This document shows positions 1-13,516 of a DNA stretch of 47,961 nt, one piece after another. The position numbers and the translations under genes were made by a program. The stretch is taken from assembly GCA_040357565.1 (NCBI GenBank), contig JBDODJ010000081.1. One strand, written 5' to 3'. Source of the DNA: Cercozoa sp. M6MM. Its lineage: Eukaryota > Protista > Endomyxa: Ascetosporea. The notes under the pieces were generated by a model. The model made no database searches. It had not been told where the DNA came from and was given only the letters and a program-made list of their open reading frames with translations. Every line of letters begins with the position of its first letter. The stretch's first letter is position 1.

Positions 1-10
1 GTGTGTGTGG

Positions 11-41
<31 letters not shown>

Positions 42-140
42 TGTGTGCGTGTGTGTGTGTGTGTGTGTGTGCGTGTGCGTGTGTGTGTGTGCGTGTGTGT
101 GTGTGTGTGTGTTCCTGTCCGGTGTACGTGTGTGTGTGTG
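1..140 (+). repeat. (TG)n microsatellite, probably intronic, ahead of a terminal exon of a gene starting outside the window
   Basis: Imperfect TG run followed by ...aatatag, an acceptor-like site at about 151, and a short GC-rich exon-like stretch of undetermined frame. Confidence 0.8.
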
Positions 141-327
141 CAATAATATAGGTGGCTCAAGCGATGGAAGCATGCCGCTGAAGCCGCCTCGCAGCCAGAA
201 TAGCTGCCTGTCCAAGTGGAGTCACGTCTAATTGATTGATGTTTCTATTGAAACAACTACGCGGTTCTGTTTCTATTTAGTCAGGTCTCATTCTGAGTTC
301 AGTTTCATGTGTTGCTCAAAGGATGAG

Positions 328-2140
328 TTACTCAGCTACTGGTAGCCAACGTGCTAGAAAGTCGCGATCGTGGCCACTTGAGTCCTCGAGTTGTCGTTGT
401 TCGCGAGCGACGTTTTCTGCCTTGGAGAGAGCTGACTCAACGTGTCGGTACCGCGGGTTCTTGCCGTGCAGGTATGGGTCGAACTTGTCTCCGACGATAT
501 CAATCTCGCCCGCAGCCGCTTTCGTTTCGACCGATGGCACGACTGGCGCGTGCTTTTGAAGAGACTTGAGATTGCCGAATCGAGTGACGCGACTGGTCGG
601 AGCTTTCACCTGCTGCGGTGGTTCCTCGAGCTCGATCTCACGGATGACCTCTTTGACTGACTCGCTCGAAGAGAAACGTCGTGCAGCCTGCAAAGCACTG
701 TGTGTTTCCTCAGTCCTTCCGTCAGTGTTGGACCCGGCAGTGTCCTGAGCAACGTGCAGGGCACTCACAATCTTGGCCATGTTTCGAATCGGCAGTTTGC
801 GCTGCGTGCCAGTGCGAAGCACTCGGAAGAACTGCTCGTCACAGAGGGCCAGGAAATGTGCCAGCGACAGGAAAGAGACGCCGACAACACTGCCTTCGGC
901 AAGCTGGCAAGACGCAACGCAGTGTCCTCTGTGCAGTGCGTTGAAGCACCCGTTGTCGAAACTGCACAACACGAGTTCATTCGAGAAGGCACACGAGGTG
1001 ACACACGACTCCGTCTCGGTCTGTGAGAGACCTTCAATGTTGCCACTCGACGCACTCAGAGAGAACAGAGATCCTTCGACACACATGGTGTGCACAGAGG
1101 ATGCGCATTGGATTGCTCGTACTGCCTGCGTGGCTAGTTGCGTGTGCCACACGATTGACCAGTTCGTTCGGCACGACTGTGCTCCAGCGAACTGCGAGTC
1201 TCGACACTCTGCGTCGAGATGGCCGAAGCAACGACAGGTGTCACAGTACTCGGAACACGCCTTGTCGCGACTAAGAAGCAAGACAGTGCTGCCGAAACTG
1301 ACGGCCAAACTGGAAGCATCGTTCTCGCGGAATGCCAAGCAGCACTCGTTGCTCGTCCCGTCGTCGTCCTCGCTCGAGACTTCTTCGTCGCGCTGCTTGC
1401 GGACAGAGATACACTCGAACGGAGCACTGATGCGGTGCTTTCGACTCGTGTCTGAATCCCACAGCCAGATGCAGCGAGCTGTGGCGTCTACTGCCGCTAC
1501 GATACCTCGCTCACTTCGCGTGCACGCATCGAAACGTGCTCTTGCGTCTGGACATGCCAACACACGAACAGCAAGTTTCGGCATCATATTTCTTCGGTTT
1601 GGTGTGTCGATTTTGTGCATCGCATTCAACAAGGCTTGATTGTTCAGTGAAAGAACTGCGTTCGGCAAGCTCGAGCACAGCACGAGAACTGTCTTCTGCT
1701 CAATGTGTATCGAGTGAGGCTTCAGACGTAAGTACGTCAGGCGACTGTCTGTAAGTTCGCTCGCGTTTTGCTAATCTTCAGTAGGCGGAATCGAAGAAGG
1801 ACAACTCGTACCAGTGGTGTCTGAGTGCTTGCAGAACTGCAGCACGCAACTCACGCTGGCTTTGCCTCGACGCTGCTGCACATCGCAGGTCGTGATCACA
1901 AGAGTGTCGTCACTGCGCAGCTGCAATAGAACGGCTGCTGAGCACGGCAACTGGGGTGAAGGCGAGCTGTCAACGCATATACACAAAATCGTAAATTCAC
2001 TGCAGGGAAGCTCCGAAAAGCCTACTGGAACTACTTAACTACCGATACCTCGGGAATAGCTGCAAACTACTCACGACTTTGGCTTTCGGGCAGAACATCG
2101 CGTTTGGTGACGCGATTGAAAGGAGCTGCGCGTATAACAT
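328..2140 (-). CDS. Hypothetical protein, about 566 aa, possibly beta-propeller/WD40-like with a low-complexity C-terminus
   Basis: The 451-codon ORF extends upstream through two GT-AG introns (2048-2000, 1811-1749) to an ATG at 2140; spliced length 1701 nt is in frame. Beta-strand-like repeats (e.g. VTSCAFSNELVLCSFDNG) are only suggestive of the fold. Confidence 0.6.
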
Positions 2141-2307
2141 GTTTCATGCACCTGTAGGAAAATTAGACGGGCTTCAGCAGTCAGTATGTGAGACACTGCT
2201 TCCAGTTGGTCATTTTTGGTATTTTCCCCGTTCATTGATGCAAATCCGCGCGGAGAGCCAGTCGAGGAAACAAACCGGGTTATGTCGACGCCGCTTTCCA
2301 GTGTCAA

Positions 2308-5300
2308 ATGGCGAGAATCAAGCGTGTGAGTGAAGACTCTGCCTTGTGCGTTCAGGCAAGTGCTCGCTACCCGAACTTGTGGACGATCGTGCGCGAAGTG
2401 CTTACTTTCGCGCAGTCACGAGAAGCGCAACGTATCGTGCTGAATGTTTCGGAGCGACACCGTTTCTTTAGCGTTGCTAGTGACGGAAACGCTTTCGATG
2501 CGGCTGATCTCGCACAGTTCGGTCGCTTTGCAACGGGAGTGGTGAAACTGAATGACTTGCCACCAGACGCAGTCGCCACTGCTTCGCCGCGAGTGACTGT
2601 GCTGCCCAACGTGGATTCTCCCTTCGCGCTCATGTCTTTCGTGTGCTGCGTGCGAGTGGACGTCACCGAAACACGCGATTTCGAAGGAAGTGCGCGACTG
2701 ATTAAAGTGCTTCGTGACGGCAAGGTGCTCTCATTTCACGAGATAACCGAAACGAAAGGCAACAGCGACTCGCAAGCACACAAGTTGCACACCGTGATTG
2801 GCGTGAGCGATATCTTCTCGCGACAAGCAGTGCGAGCACGCATGAGCAGCTTTCGCTTTGCAGACTTTGTCCGCATCACAGAGGACCTTGCTATTGTAAG
2901 CGACTGCCGAACTGCATTCTTGGTGCGCGATCTTGACGCAGCGAGAGGCAAGCGACACAAGCACGGCACTGGTGGTACTGTCTCAGCTGATCTGAATGAG
3001 CACTGACTGAGGCATATGTGGACTAGACAGGTGCCGGACAGGAGAAATGTATCATCAAACCTGCTGCTTCTGCTCGAGCGCTGTTGCAGTCGCTGCGACC
3101 GCAGGCGCACGAAGCACTTGCATCGCGCAACATGGAAATCCTTGAGGCGGAGAATGCCGTCCGTGCACGTGACGGATGCGGAAAGGTCGTGCTGAAAGTG
3201 CAAGGTCGCTTGTCACGCACGCTCTTCGCTCATGTCGGGGCCGATGTGCAGTTTCTCTTCTGCAACGGACTGCGAGTGGATAATGTTTCTCTCCACAAAG
3301 TGATCGACTCGATGCTGCGCAAGTTCGTGCGTGCTCACCTCGATGAATTTCACGGCGTGTTCGCACAGCAACTGACTGCTTCGTGTTTGTCAACGCAGAT
3401 CCAAAAGGTGTTTTTAAATTTACTGAATGTGCGAAGCGATTAGCTCGAATATCCATGAAAGCTTAAAATTCAAGCACAGGATATGCGACCATCGGCAGTG
3501 TGCGACGCAGTTCGTGGTCTGTATCTAATCAATGTGTTTTCAAAGCCGGCCTACGCATTAGCTCCGACACCGAGCGAGAACAATCCACTGCAGTTTTCGC
3601 TGGACGAAGCGTCGTTGCGTCGCGTCTTGCCGTTGCTCGAAAACACCGTCGATGCTGCTTTACAGCGCTTGCATCGTTTCTTCCTTCAACGTAGCCACTT
3701 CGACGAGAACTCAAGTGGTTCCAACAGCGAAAACATGCTCGATAATGTTCGAATCTACAGTGAGACCGACGACAATTCTGCCGACAGCAGCGACGACGAG
3801 AGGACGAAAACGAACGCTCATGCTCGAACATACAAGCCACTCAGTCGAAGACGACCTCGAAAAGTACCCTGGCAGCGTGTGCGATCGGCAACGGTGACAC
3901 TCAAGGCCGGACGCTTCACGGTTCGCAATCCTATCGAGATGCAGCAAAAACAGAAAAGACCAACAACGACGCAACCCTTTGTACGTTTAAATACGTCTAA
4001 TTTATCCAAACAAACTCTCTTGACTTTGATGTTTTACAGAGACGCAAAAAACGACGGCGCATCAATTCTGCTTGCTCTCAGTTGCGCATTGATGGTGTCT
4101 TGGCGTCGACTCGCGAAGAGAAACCGAGACCAAGACGTACCAGCGATGCTACTATGGTGGACGAAAGTGCGTCAAAAACAGGTGCTCCTTTTTTAATGAG
4201 CGAATCGGGCGCGACACTCCAGCGACTCAGAGAATCGAACGCATTCGACCTCGACTTTTCGGTTTTCGCGCGCTTTCGCACTTCCCGCATGACCGCCGAC
4301 GAGCTTGTTGAGCACGCACAACATGTACAGTATATCTGTTCTCAAGTTGAAGTGATGGATATTAAGTGATGCTCGCTTGGTTTCGGAACAGCGAACAGAA
4401 GAGAGACGCAAGCACCGGTACGCAGAGCCACACGCCAGCAAATGGCTGGAAGAGCAACGCGTGATGCATGCTCCTCCACTAGCGAACGATCGCGTGACGC
4501 GACAAAGCATCGCGGACGCGCGTGCTGTCGGTCAGTGCGAAAATCAGTGGCTGCTCGCAGTTTCACGCGGTGGTATGCATACCTCACGTTTTATACTATC
4601 AAATGAATGAGCGGCAAAACGCGGTGCTACGCTCATACACCTGCCTACAGTACTGCTTGTGGCCGATCAACACGCAGTGCACGAAAGAATACGTTACGAT
4701 AAACTTCAACAAATGGTGTTGCAGCATCGCGCCTTTCAAGCCCAATCGTTGCGAAATCCTATTGTACGATTGGCTGCTTTATACCGTCTGCTTTATGCTC
4801 TGCAACACTTTTTAATCATAATTATTGATAGGTGCTCACAAACTGTGACAAGACCTTTCTTGACTGTCTGGAGAACAAGACAAAGTCTGTCATTCGAGAC
4901 TGGGGCTTTCGATTTCGCGTCGAACTGCAACAGCGTCGCTTGCTTCTAGTACACCACAGATACTGTCGGAGAAATGTGTTTGGGCAGACATATACTGCCA
5001 CACCACAGCTCGCATTCCCTGACTACGTGAAGAAACCCACGGCACGTTTTTTCGTCAACCTTGCCATCGAAGCGTATCAATGATTCATCTGAAGCAAGTG
5101 AAAGACAGGCCGTGTGTATCTATGCAACTACAGTTCTCAAAACGTCCAAGCCGTCGCACAACGGCCTCTCACGATACAGCACGAACTGGCCACAGCAGCA
5201 TGCAAGAAAGCAATCAAATTCGGCGACGCGGTATCATCGTATCGTTGTGTCAGTGAAACGAGAAGCATTTTGTTGTCTCAGTTGACACAACGACAGCAAC

Positions 5301-5449
5301 AACAGCTGTGGCACAAACTCTCTCGGTGCCGCAATCCCTTCCAATGTGCTCACGGCCGGCCCTGCGTTTTTGCTCTCTGTCGCATTGGAGGCAGCTCAGA
5401 AGTTACAGAAGATCCTGTTGTACATTTGCACACGCTTCTGCACAACTAG
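2308..5449 (+). CDS. MLH3: MutL-family mismatch repair/meiotic endonuclease MLH3 (about 10 exons)
   Basis: MutL-like N-terminus (MARIKRVSEDSALCVQAS); endonuclease motif DQHAVHERIRYD; ACKKAIKFGD and PFQCAHGRP, typical of MLH3. Exons are joined in frame by short GT-AG introns. Confidence 0.88.
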
Positions 5450-5752
5450 CAAAACTGCATGCTAAGCCAAGCCACAAGCTGGCACATTTTTTTAGCGGCG
5501 ATAATCGGATACACAAGGACTCCACCCAGCTGCGAACTATTCATGTTATGTTTAAATAACGGTGTCCATTACAGCTATTGCTCCAGAAAATCTAAATGCA
5601 ATCAACGGAATCGATTATACAAAAACAAAAAACTGTTCTTAAAAAATCCCAGCGCTCTATGTCCGTCACGAAAGCATGCGCCTGCCTGTGTGGGAGCTGT
5701 AAAGTGATACAGGCACACGTGTGCACCTACTTTTATAGAAAATTAGTGTGGT

Positions 5753-7023
5753 ATGGTGACTGCGTCGTGCCCCGGCAAGGTGCTGATCACGGGCGGCTAC
5801 CTCGTGCTGCAGCACCCGAACAGCGGCCTCGTATTGCCGCTGTCGGCTCGGTTTCACTCCAGCGTGACCGATGCTAGCGAAAGTGCCACAATTCGCGTAC
5901 GTGCGCCGCAACGCTACGGCGACAGTGCCGAGTTGGTTTACACGTTCAGCGCAGAGGTAGTGCGTCCTTTCCGTGCCTTGATGTCAGTGCAGCGGATTTC
6001 TTTGTGCTGCTCAGAATGATGCGCTGCGACTGACGCAAGAAACTGCAGGTGACAACAGCGTGCGCGAGGACAACAAATTCGTGCGTTTCTCGCTGCTGTT
6101 CTCGCTCGGCGTGCTACAACTGCTGTATGCTTTGGATCCACATGACCCCTTGTCCCTTGTCCCTTGTCCCTTGTCCCCCTGTACTCCTTATCTGCGATAC
6201 AATTGAGCAGAAAAGGCAACTTGCGCGGTCTGCAAATCGATTTGCGTGGTGACGACGCTTTCTACACGGTACGTATTGGCGTGCTTGACTGCGCTTGCCT
6301 CGGCATTTAAGCTTCCGACCTGCGCAGGGCGAGGGAGGCAAGACAGGCCTCGGCAGTTCGGCGGCGCTGTGTTCGTCGCTCGTGGCGGCGCTGTTCGCGC
6401 AGCACCTACCAGGAGAGTACCCTGCGGGCACACACCTCGATCTGCAGTACAGGTATACTCGGTTAGGGTGTATTGTTGGGGTCAATATGAGGGCAAGAGG
6501 GTGGTGTGGGTATTGTGTACTTACTGTGCAGGGATATTGCGCATCGTGTAGCACAGGTTGCTCACTGTGCTGCACAGGGCAAGGTCGGCTCAGGCTTTGA
6601 TGTCGCCGCTGCCTTCTTTGGTGCGCAGCGCTATGTGAGGTAGACTCTTCCTTCTTGTGTTCTGTTGTTGGGACAGTGACCCTGTGTGTCCAGATTGCGT
6701 CCATGCTTCCTGATGCCGCTGCTTGAACTTGCCGGCGCTGGCACGGAACTCTCCTTGACGACTCTGTCCTCCCTGGTACTCCTTCCTTCCTTGTTTGTAC
6801 CTCTGTCCTACCGACCCATCTCGCATGCAACCTGCGTCCAATGCAGCTGCTGGAGACGGACTGGGAGTGGCAGGTGCAGCCGTTCGCACTGCCCGACTCG
6901 CTCACCGTGGTGCTAGCTGACGTGTTCGGTGGCAGCGAAACGCCTTCTATGGTACCCTCTCTATACACACGATGTGTAAATCTACTTGTATTTTATTTGT
7001 ACCACTATATATCTATATATATG

Positions 7024-7057
<34 letters not shown>

Positions 7058-7697
7058 GATATGTGTGTGTGTGTGTGTGTGTGGGTGGTAGGTGAGGAAG
7101 GTGCTGGCTTGGCGCGACAGTGGCGACGAAGCGCAGTGCAAGTGGCGACACGTGGCGCACTGCAACGCGCACATCGACGCCTGCTTCGACCGACTGCGCA
7201 GTGCCGACAGCGACGACACCGACGAGTTGTCCGCTGCCTTTGTGCAATGGAACGATGCCATGAAGGACATGGGTCAGTCCACTGCCTGGTTTGTCCTTGT
7301 TATATCTACCTGATGTGCTTGATACAGGCGACTCGGCGCAGGTGCCTGTTGTCCCGTCGGAACAGCTGCCGCTGCTGAGTGCCGTTCGCGCCCTCGACGG
7401 CGTCGTTGCCTGCGGTGTTCCCGGCGGTGTGTGCTGCTATGCTCATACCCACTTATGTATACCTTCATGCTTTTAATGTAGCCGGTGGCTACGATGCCAT
7501 TTTCGTGCTGTGTCGCACCGAGACTGTCGACAGCGTGCGCCAGCAGCTGCGCAGTCTGCGTGGCGAGAGTGGCCAGCAACTCAAGGGTAGCACCCTGACC
7601 TACTGACTGTGCTGCGCACCTTGTGACTTGTGCTGCCTTTGTAGTGGCCCCTCTTGACGTGCACTACGATGCCGCCGGCGTTTTGCTCCAGGATTAA
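5753..7697 (+). CDS. ERG8: Phosphomevalonate kinase, ERG8 (GHMP) type
   Basis: Spliced motifs [43 protein letters not shown] and [12 protein letters not shown]. Confidence 0.92.
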
Positions 7698-8048
7698 CTT
7701 GACTATTGCGAGGCCGGTCCGCTCCAGTCACAGCGCAGGAACGTATATGGTAAGCATAAGCACGCACACGCGACACGGACTGCCTCCGCTCGACTCCCGA
7801 TTTCGGTCGAGTTAAACGCTAGCTTTGCCACGGCAGGCGTGTAACACATGGTTATGAACGCGCTCTTCGACGCGAAGCGAAGGCTGTGACGTTAAGCTGT
7901 ATTTGGCCAAAGAGCCACGCCAAGTCAAGTTGGGTCAAAAAGGCCACGCCACGCAGTTTTTTCGTGTGTGGGTGTGTCCGTTGGGTGTAATGAAATAATA
8001 TCTCTGTTAAAAGTCTGAGGAACACTAGTGCAGACGCAGCGACTAGAG

Positions 8049-10657
8049 CTAGAAACCAAACATGCCAGCGTTGGCGTATTTCCTGCCAAATCAAACACAA
8101 CACCAATTTACACCACACCACACCAATCAGCAGCAGTAGCAGTGAGGCAGGCAGGGAAGAGTTTGCAGAAAACAAAACGCACATGGGAGGCACAGGCGGG
8201 TGCGGCACGGCGCAGAACTGCAGGAAGGAGGGCCGCAGCTCGGCGTCGAAGCGGCAGACGGCGGCCTGATTGCCGCTCTGATCGCAGTAGTTGGGCGCAC
8301 TGAACACTGTGGCCAGACGGCCGCCGTGCTGCAGCTGGTAGCCAGCCATCTTGACCTCGTGCGAGCGCACCACAAAGGCCTGCGACAGGTGTCATAGTGG
8401 GTGCATCATTCAATCCGCCCCCTTAACAAACACACGGTACAACTGACCAGATTGTTGCGCTCGCAAAAGGCCTCTGTGACGTCGCTGCCGAAGGAATGAC
8501 CCACACCACGTTTCGATGCTTGCAGTCCTTGGTGCATGCCCTGTGTACACATGTCATACAGTCAGAGACATCTAATCATAGACATCATACCGGGTCGTTC
8601 CACAGGAGTTCACACATGATGCCCTATGGTAGGAAGGTTGAGGACAGGGGTATAGGGGCAGGGAGTATAAAGGACATGGGCATGGAGGGTACATTCTCAG
8701 GTGGTTGCCGGAAGCGCTTGGTGTCCTCGATGTCCTTGAGCGTGACAGGACCGCTGGGCACACCGCCGTGCGTCACAAACACGCGCCCGTTCTTGCCTGC
8801 AGACAGGAGGTGGGGTTGGGGGTAATGCAAACTCAGTAGTAAGGTACCAGAGCCGTCCGAGCCGCCAGTGAGCACCTCGGGTTTCTCAGTTACACGCGGC
8901 TACACAGAAACACAGAGTGTGTCCGCGCGGAAGCTAGTCAGAGCCAACTGGTCAGAGGAAGCTGGTCACAAGTACCGAATCGTCATGCAAGGCAGCGGCC
9001 GGCGCGACCACGGCAGCCAGCGGCATGGCCTCGAACGCCTCCTTAAACAGCGCCATCACCTGACTGTCGTACTTGTGCTTCACCTCGCCGGCAAAGCCGT
9101 ACATCTGGACATATGGACAGTCCAGATGTACGGTACAGCTGGACAGTCCAAAACATGACTACCTGATTCATGGCACTCGTCTCGTGATTGCCGCGCAGCA
9201 TGTACACGCTCTGCGGCAGCGCCAGTTTCCACGCCAGTCTACACACAAAGTTAAGGCGGCTCCATACATGTAGTTGAGGGTGCGGAGGCAGTTTAATTAA
9301 GGAGGCGCCCTACAGGAGCAGCGCAATTTCGACTGAGAAAGAGCCGCGATCGACGAAATCGCCATTGAACAGGTACTGCACAGACACACAAACAAGTGCG
9401 TACACGCAGCCTTAAAGAAACGAAACGCAGCGTTAACTCAGAGATAAGGGTACAGGATTGGTCTCACTCGGCATGCCGAACTGCTCGAACAGGTTCAGCA
9501 GGTCGTAGTACTGTCCGTGCTGTACAAACCAACTTGCTGGTGCTTGTACTGCAGTACGCAGGTATGATGTGTACCGTGTCACCAACGACGGTGAACTGCG
9601 CCTCCTCCTCTGCCGTGTCTATCCAATCAATCAAGGAATCAAGAGGGAGAATGCAGTGAGGGTTAAGGGGAAGGAGGTTAAGGGGGCTTGCACCCTCAGG
9701 CATAGCGATGCGCAGCAGCGTCGACTGTCGCCGGAAATGATCGATCGCTCGCATCAACAGAGCCACGGCATAACGACGGTGCAGTCGCTTCTCCGCGCGG
9801 AAGTGCTGCACAGGCAACACGCTCGTTGACACACTTGTTGACACGCGGGTCTGCTTGAGCAGAGAACACGCACCCGCGTGAGGTGCTCGCAGAAAGCCAC
9901 GTCGACGGCAAAGTCGTCCTTCTCGTCGCGCAAACGCGGACCGTCGTAGCTGTCCTGCACTCACAGACAACCTTGTTTGAACTCCCTTGTTTGAACAACC
10001 TTGTTCGAACAACATTGTTTGAACAATTTTGTTGTGTGTCAGCAGTACCTCAACAATAATAGTGCGCCAGTCGATCTGCACGTTCTCGTCGCGCGACAGG
10101 GCGGCTACAACCACAGTGCGGTCAAAGCATGCGATCAAAGCGTGTGATCAAAGCGTGTGATCAAAGCGTGTGATCAAAGCGTGTGATGAAACCGTGCAAT
10201 CAAACAGGGCAATGGAATGTACCGAGCACTCGCTGCTGTCGCAGAAGTTTCTCGCACGCCTTGAGCTGCGCGGCGGCCGACTGGTCGCGCGGGTACAGCG
10301 CCACCACCTTGCGGAAATCCTTGCGTGCCGCGGCAAACTTGCCCCTGTCCCACGCGTCACACATGAGTGAGCAGCCCTGTGAGTGACCACATTGCTAAGA
10401 GAAACGCACATGTTGAGACTGGCACAAGCACGACGGTAGTAGCCCTTGGGATTGCCTAGTTTCAAACACTCTGACGCGTCCTGCTCCGCTGCACCGTCTG
10501 GGGGGGAGGGGGTAAAGGGGTCTACGTTTAATTAAACAAGCGGTACAAGCTTCGGTCTTGAGAAACATGAGGGCACGGTTCGAGTGCACAGCCGCACGCA
10601 CTGACTTAGCCTCTGAACACACTGGTGTATCAGGCAGAACACACACGCGCACACACG

Positions 10658-10711
<54 letters not shown>

Positions 10712-10721
10712 NNNNNNNNNN

Positions 10722-10771
<50 letters not shown>

Positions 10772-11047
10772 GGCACTGCGGGCTGTACCATCGCAATCAA
10801 GGTCGCCTAGCTTTTCGAGAGCCGCGCTGAATACAAACACGTCATTTGAAAGTCATTCAAACAGCAAAAGTAGCGTAAAGTGTCGCACAACGCACGTGTA
10901 CTTGTCGATCGCGCCCTCAAAGTCCTTGCTCTTGAACAGAGCATTGCCTAAAGATGTGTGTCATAATACACTAGTGTATGAGGCATTTAAAACTGCTGTA
11001 CCGGCCAAGCGAAGGTCGGCAGCCTGTTCAAGCTGCTGTTGTGTCAT
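8049..11047 (-). CDS. PPP5C: Serine/threonine protein phosphatase 5 (TPR repeats plus PPP catalytic domain)
   Basis: TPR N-terminus (GNALFKSKDFEGAIDKY, HSNRALMFLK, KGYYRRA); GDTHGQ, FNGDFVDRGSFS, LRGNHET, VRSHEVK, TVFSAPNYCDQSGN; PP5-type end HPPVPPMKYANAGMFGF*. Confidence 0.95.
10133..10187. repeat. Intronic 13-bp tandem repeat (GATCAAAGCGTGT) x4
   Basis: Directly visible inside a PP5 intron. Confidence 0.9.
10640..10768. repeat. Intronic (CA)n microsatellite containing a 10-N gap (10712-10721)
   Basis: Directly visible; reads (UG)n on the PP5 pre-mRNA. Confidence 0.95.
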
Positions 11048-11429
11048 TGTTGCGTTTTTTGCAACGGCACGCCCTGTGAGAAACGCTGCGAAAACAACAA
11101 TTGTCACTGCGGTCGTGTCCCAAAATCACCAAAAAAAGCGCTCCCAGAAAACAACTCCCCACCACTCTTTACGCAATATCGACCTTCCGCCTACAGCACT
11201 CCGAACAGCCTACAATCGTGTTTAACGGAGTTAACGGTCGAAACCGTGCTGGCTACAACCCCGCCACTTTGCTGGCTACAGGTGATGAACCACAAACCCC
11301 CAAGTCCTGAAGTCCTGAAGCAGTGCACTGGACGAGTATTGTAGTAGCTGCATCTAAAAAGAAAATTTCAATTAATTTGACCCTCCGAGTGGGCAAGACT
11401 CGCATTTTGGTTTATTGTTTCGGGTCAAG

Positions 11430-12211
11430 TCATTGCTCCTTCTTCTCGCGGAAGTCGTCGCGCGTCAGCAGCACTGTGTCAAAGATGAGAAGCATAAACC
11501 AAAAGACACCTGAGACAAATGGACTGTACGAGGGCCGACGTTGTCGCCGGTCTTCTTGTTGTGCGCAACGTGCGAGCCGTCGCAGTACTGTACAAGACAG
11601 GTTTCACATAGCACCCAGAGAATTAAAAAAGCTGGGCTGTCCTACCGGGAACTTCTTGGAATTCCAGCAGCGGCACATGGCGATCTGGCCCTACCACGAA
11701 TTTCATCATCCAATTCACAACACGTGTTGAGTGCTATCAAGGGCAAGAGTACGTTGGCGCTCTCCTGAACTTCCTTGCAGCACACACGGTCGACAACCTT
11801 GGGCTTGGTGAGTTTCACTCGGTCTGCACACAAAGACAGCGCGTGCAGCCACACACAGCGAGCCAGGACAGCATCAAAGTGGTACGGTTGACACGGCCGG
11901 ACTTGCTGCCCTTGGGCAGAGAGTCGTACACCAGCACAGCAATCACCAGCAGGAACGGCAGCAGCTGCATCTGTGAGCACACATACACAATGCTATTATC
12001 CCTTCTCTTTTGTTCAGGTGGATGGGTACCCACTGCTGCTGCGATAGCTCAGTCCAGCCACTCCTGCAAGACAAGCCAGGCCGCCAAAACAAGCAATATA
12101 AGCAACACAACGCCTGGTCTGAAATATTTTGAACCACGTGGCCGGAAGCGGCAGCGACGACAGGTACTTGGGCAAGCGGCGCGTCACAAAGTCTTGGATT
12201 TTATCCATCAT
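11430..12211 (-). CDS. CISD2: CDGSH iron-sulfur domain protein, NEET family, CISD2/NAF-1-like (7 exons)
   Basis: Spliced product MMDKIQDFVTRRLPKYLSSLPLPAT...MQLLPFLLVIAVLVY (TM)...KPKVVD...[35 protein letters not shown]; the 3Cys-1His cluster motif is intact. The CDGSH exons are not shown in the ORF track. Confidence 0.92.
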
Positions 12212-12708
12212 CTGCGCACCAACGAAACGAGATTTCTCCAGAACAGAACGTGTTGCAAAACTCGACGTGTGGACTCGCAAACCGCACAGCAATAGAGATT
12301 TTACTTTGCAGGGGTAGTTTAGAAGGTCAAAAGAACAACTATTTGTGTGCGATGCTGGAGTTTTGCTTGGCAGGTTTTATGGGCTCAAAAGAGCTCGAAT
12401 TTCGGAACGCAAGAGTTGAGCCTGGGAAAGTCAACTTGCTAGGAATTAGGGAGTTGTGTCCCCTGAACAAGACTTTCTCCGTATGAACAAGATTTTAGGA
12501 GACAAGACGTTAGCCCGTAAGAGAGGATTTTCTCTCTCAAGAACGTTTCGGATCAGTTAGTTAAAGCTGTACACGCGGTACTAAAAAATGGACTGGAAGA
12601 TTCCATAGTACGAGAACTTGAGTGTAGAGCGCCTCTAACCGTGTGTAGGTCGCTCGAGGTGGTATAATTTGTTGCGAGAACTTACTCACAGACACACACA
12701 GTTTCAAG

Positions 12709-13326
12709 ATGGCGTACATGCTCCCCCACCTGGAGTCGGGCTGGGCCGTCGACCAGGCCATTCTGTCCGAAGAGGAACGAGTCGTTGTTGGTACCGAACA
12801 CTTTGCCATGAACCCAGGTGTACCGATTGTTAAAACTGTCGGTGTGCAGTGAGATTTGGACGCGACACGGACCCAGTGTGCATGCAGATGGATGAGCACC
12901 TGTACGAGATCGCCGAGATGGTCAAGCAGTACGCCATCATCTACCTCGTCGACATTGAGCAGGTACGTGTGTGTGCTTGTGTGTGTATTTCTACCGACTG
13001 TGCTAAGCTAGACTGATGTACCAATGGACAGGTTCCGGATTTTAATGTCATGTACGAGCTGTACGACCCGTGCACGATCATGTTCTTCTTCCGAAACAAG
13101 CATATGATGGTCGATCTCGGCACCGGTAACAACAACAAGATCAACTTCCTCATCAATGACAAACAGGAGATTGCCGACATCATTGAGGTACGCATAACAG
13201 CAAGAGTTGTCTGCCTAACATGTTACGTGTCTTTTCTGTATCCCGCAGACTGTGTACGAGGGTGCGCGCAAGGGCCAGGGTCAGGTCACGTCACCCAAGG
13301 ACTACTCGACGTCATACCGCTACTAA
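12709..13326 (+). CDS. TXNL4A: U5 snRNP thioredoxin-like protein Dim1/Dib1 (4 exons, 142 aa)
   Basis: MAYMLPHLESGWAVDQAILSEEERVVV...MYELYDPCTIMFFFRNKHMMVDLGTGNNNKIN...SPKDYSTSYRY*. Confidence 0.97.
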
Positions 13327-13516
13327 CTCAGTTCCGTTCGCGTCGGTTGTTTCAGTTCACGTCAGTTCAGTCAGTTTTTTCGACATTCACGGCATCATTC
13401 AGTTCAGTTGTTGGGTGATCACGACACGACGTAGCGCGATAGTGCACGATAGGGACACGATATGCGACAGTAAGATTAAATTAAAGGGAAGAGCCAAGGT
13501 CAGGGCTCGCGTTTTT

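Noticed and set aside
1-231. Cys/Val-rich 76-aa ORF and similar CVCV, HTHT and YIYI ORFs throughout the window
   Set aside because: Translations of intronic dinucleotide microsatellites.
773-1639. 288-aa plus-strand ORF
   Set aside because: Antisense shadow of the longer spliced minus-strand gene; no recognisable motifs.
10133-10187. CRISPR-like arrays at short tandem repeats (also 33384-33440)
   Set aside because: Head-to-tail repeats without spacers, inside eukaryotic introns, with no cas genes.
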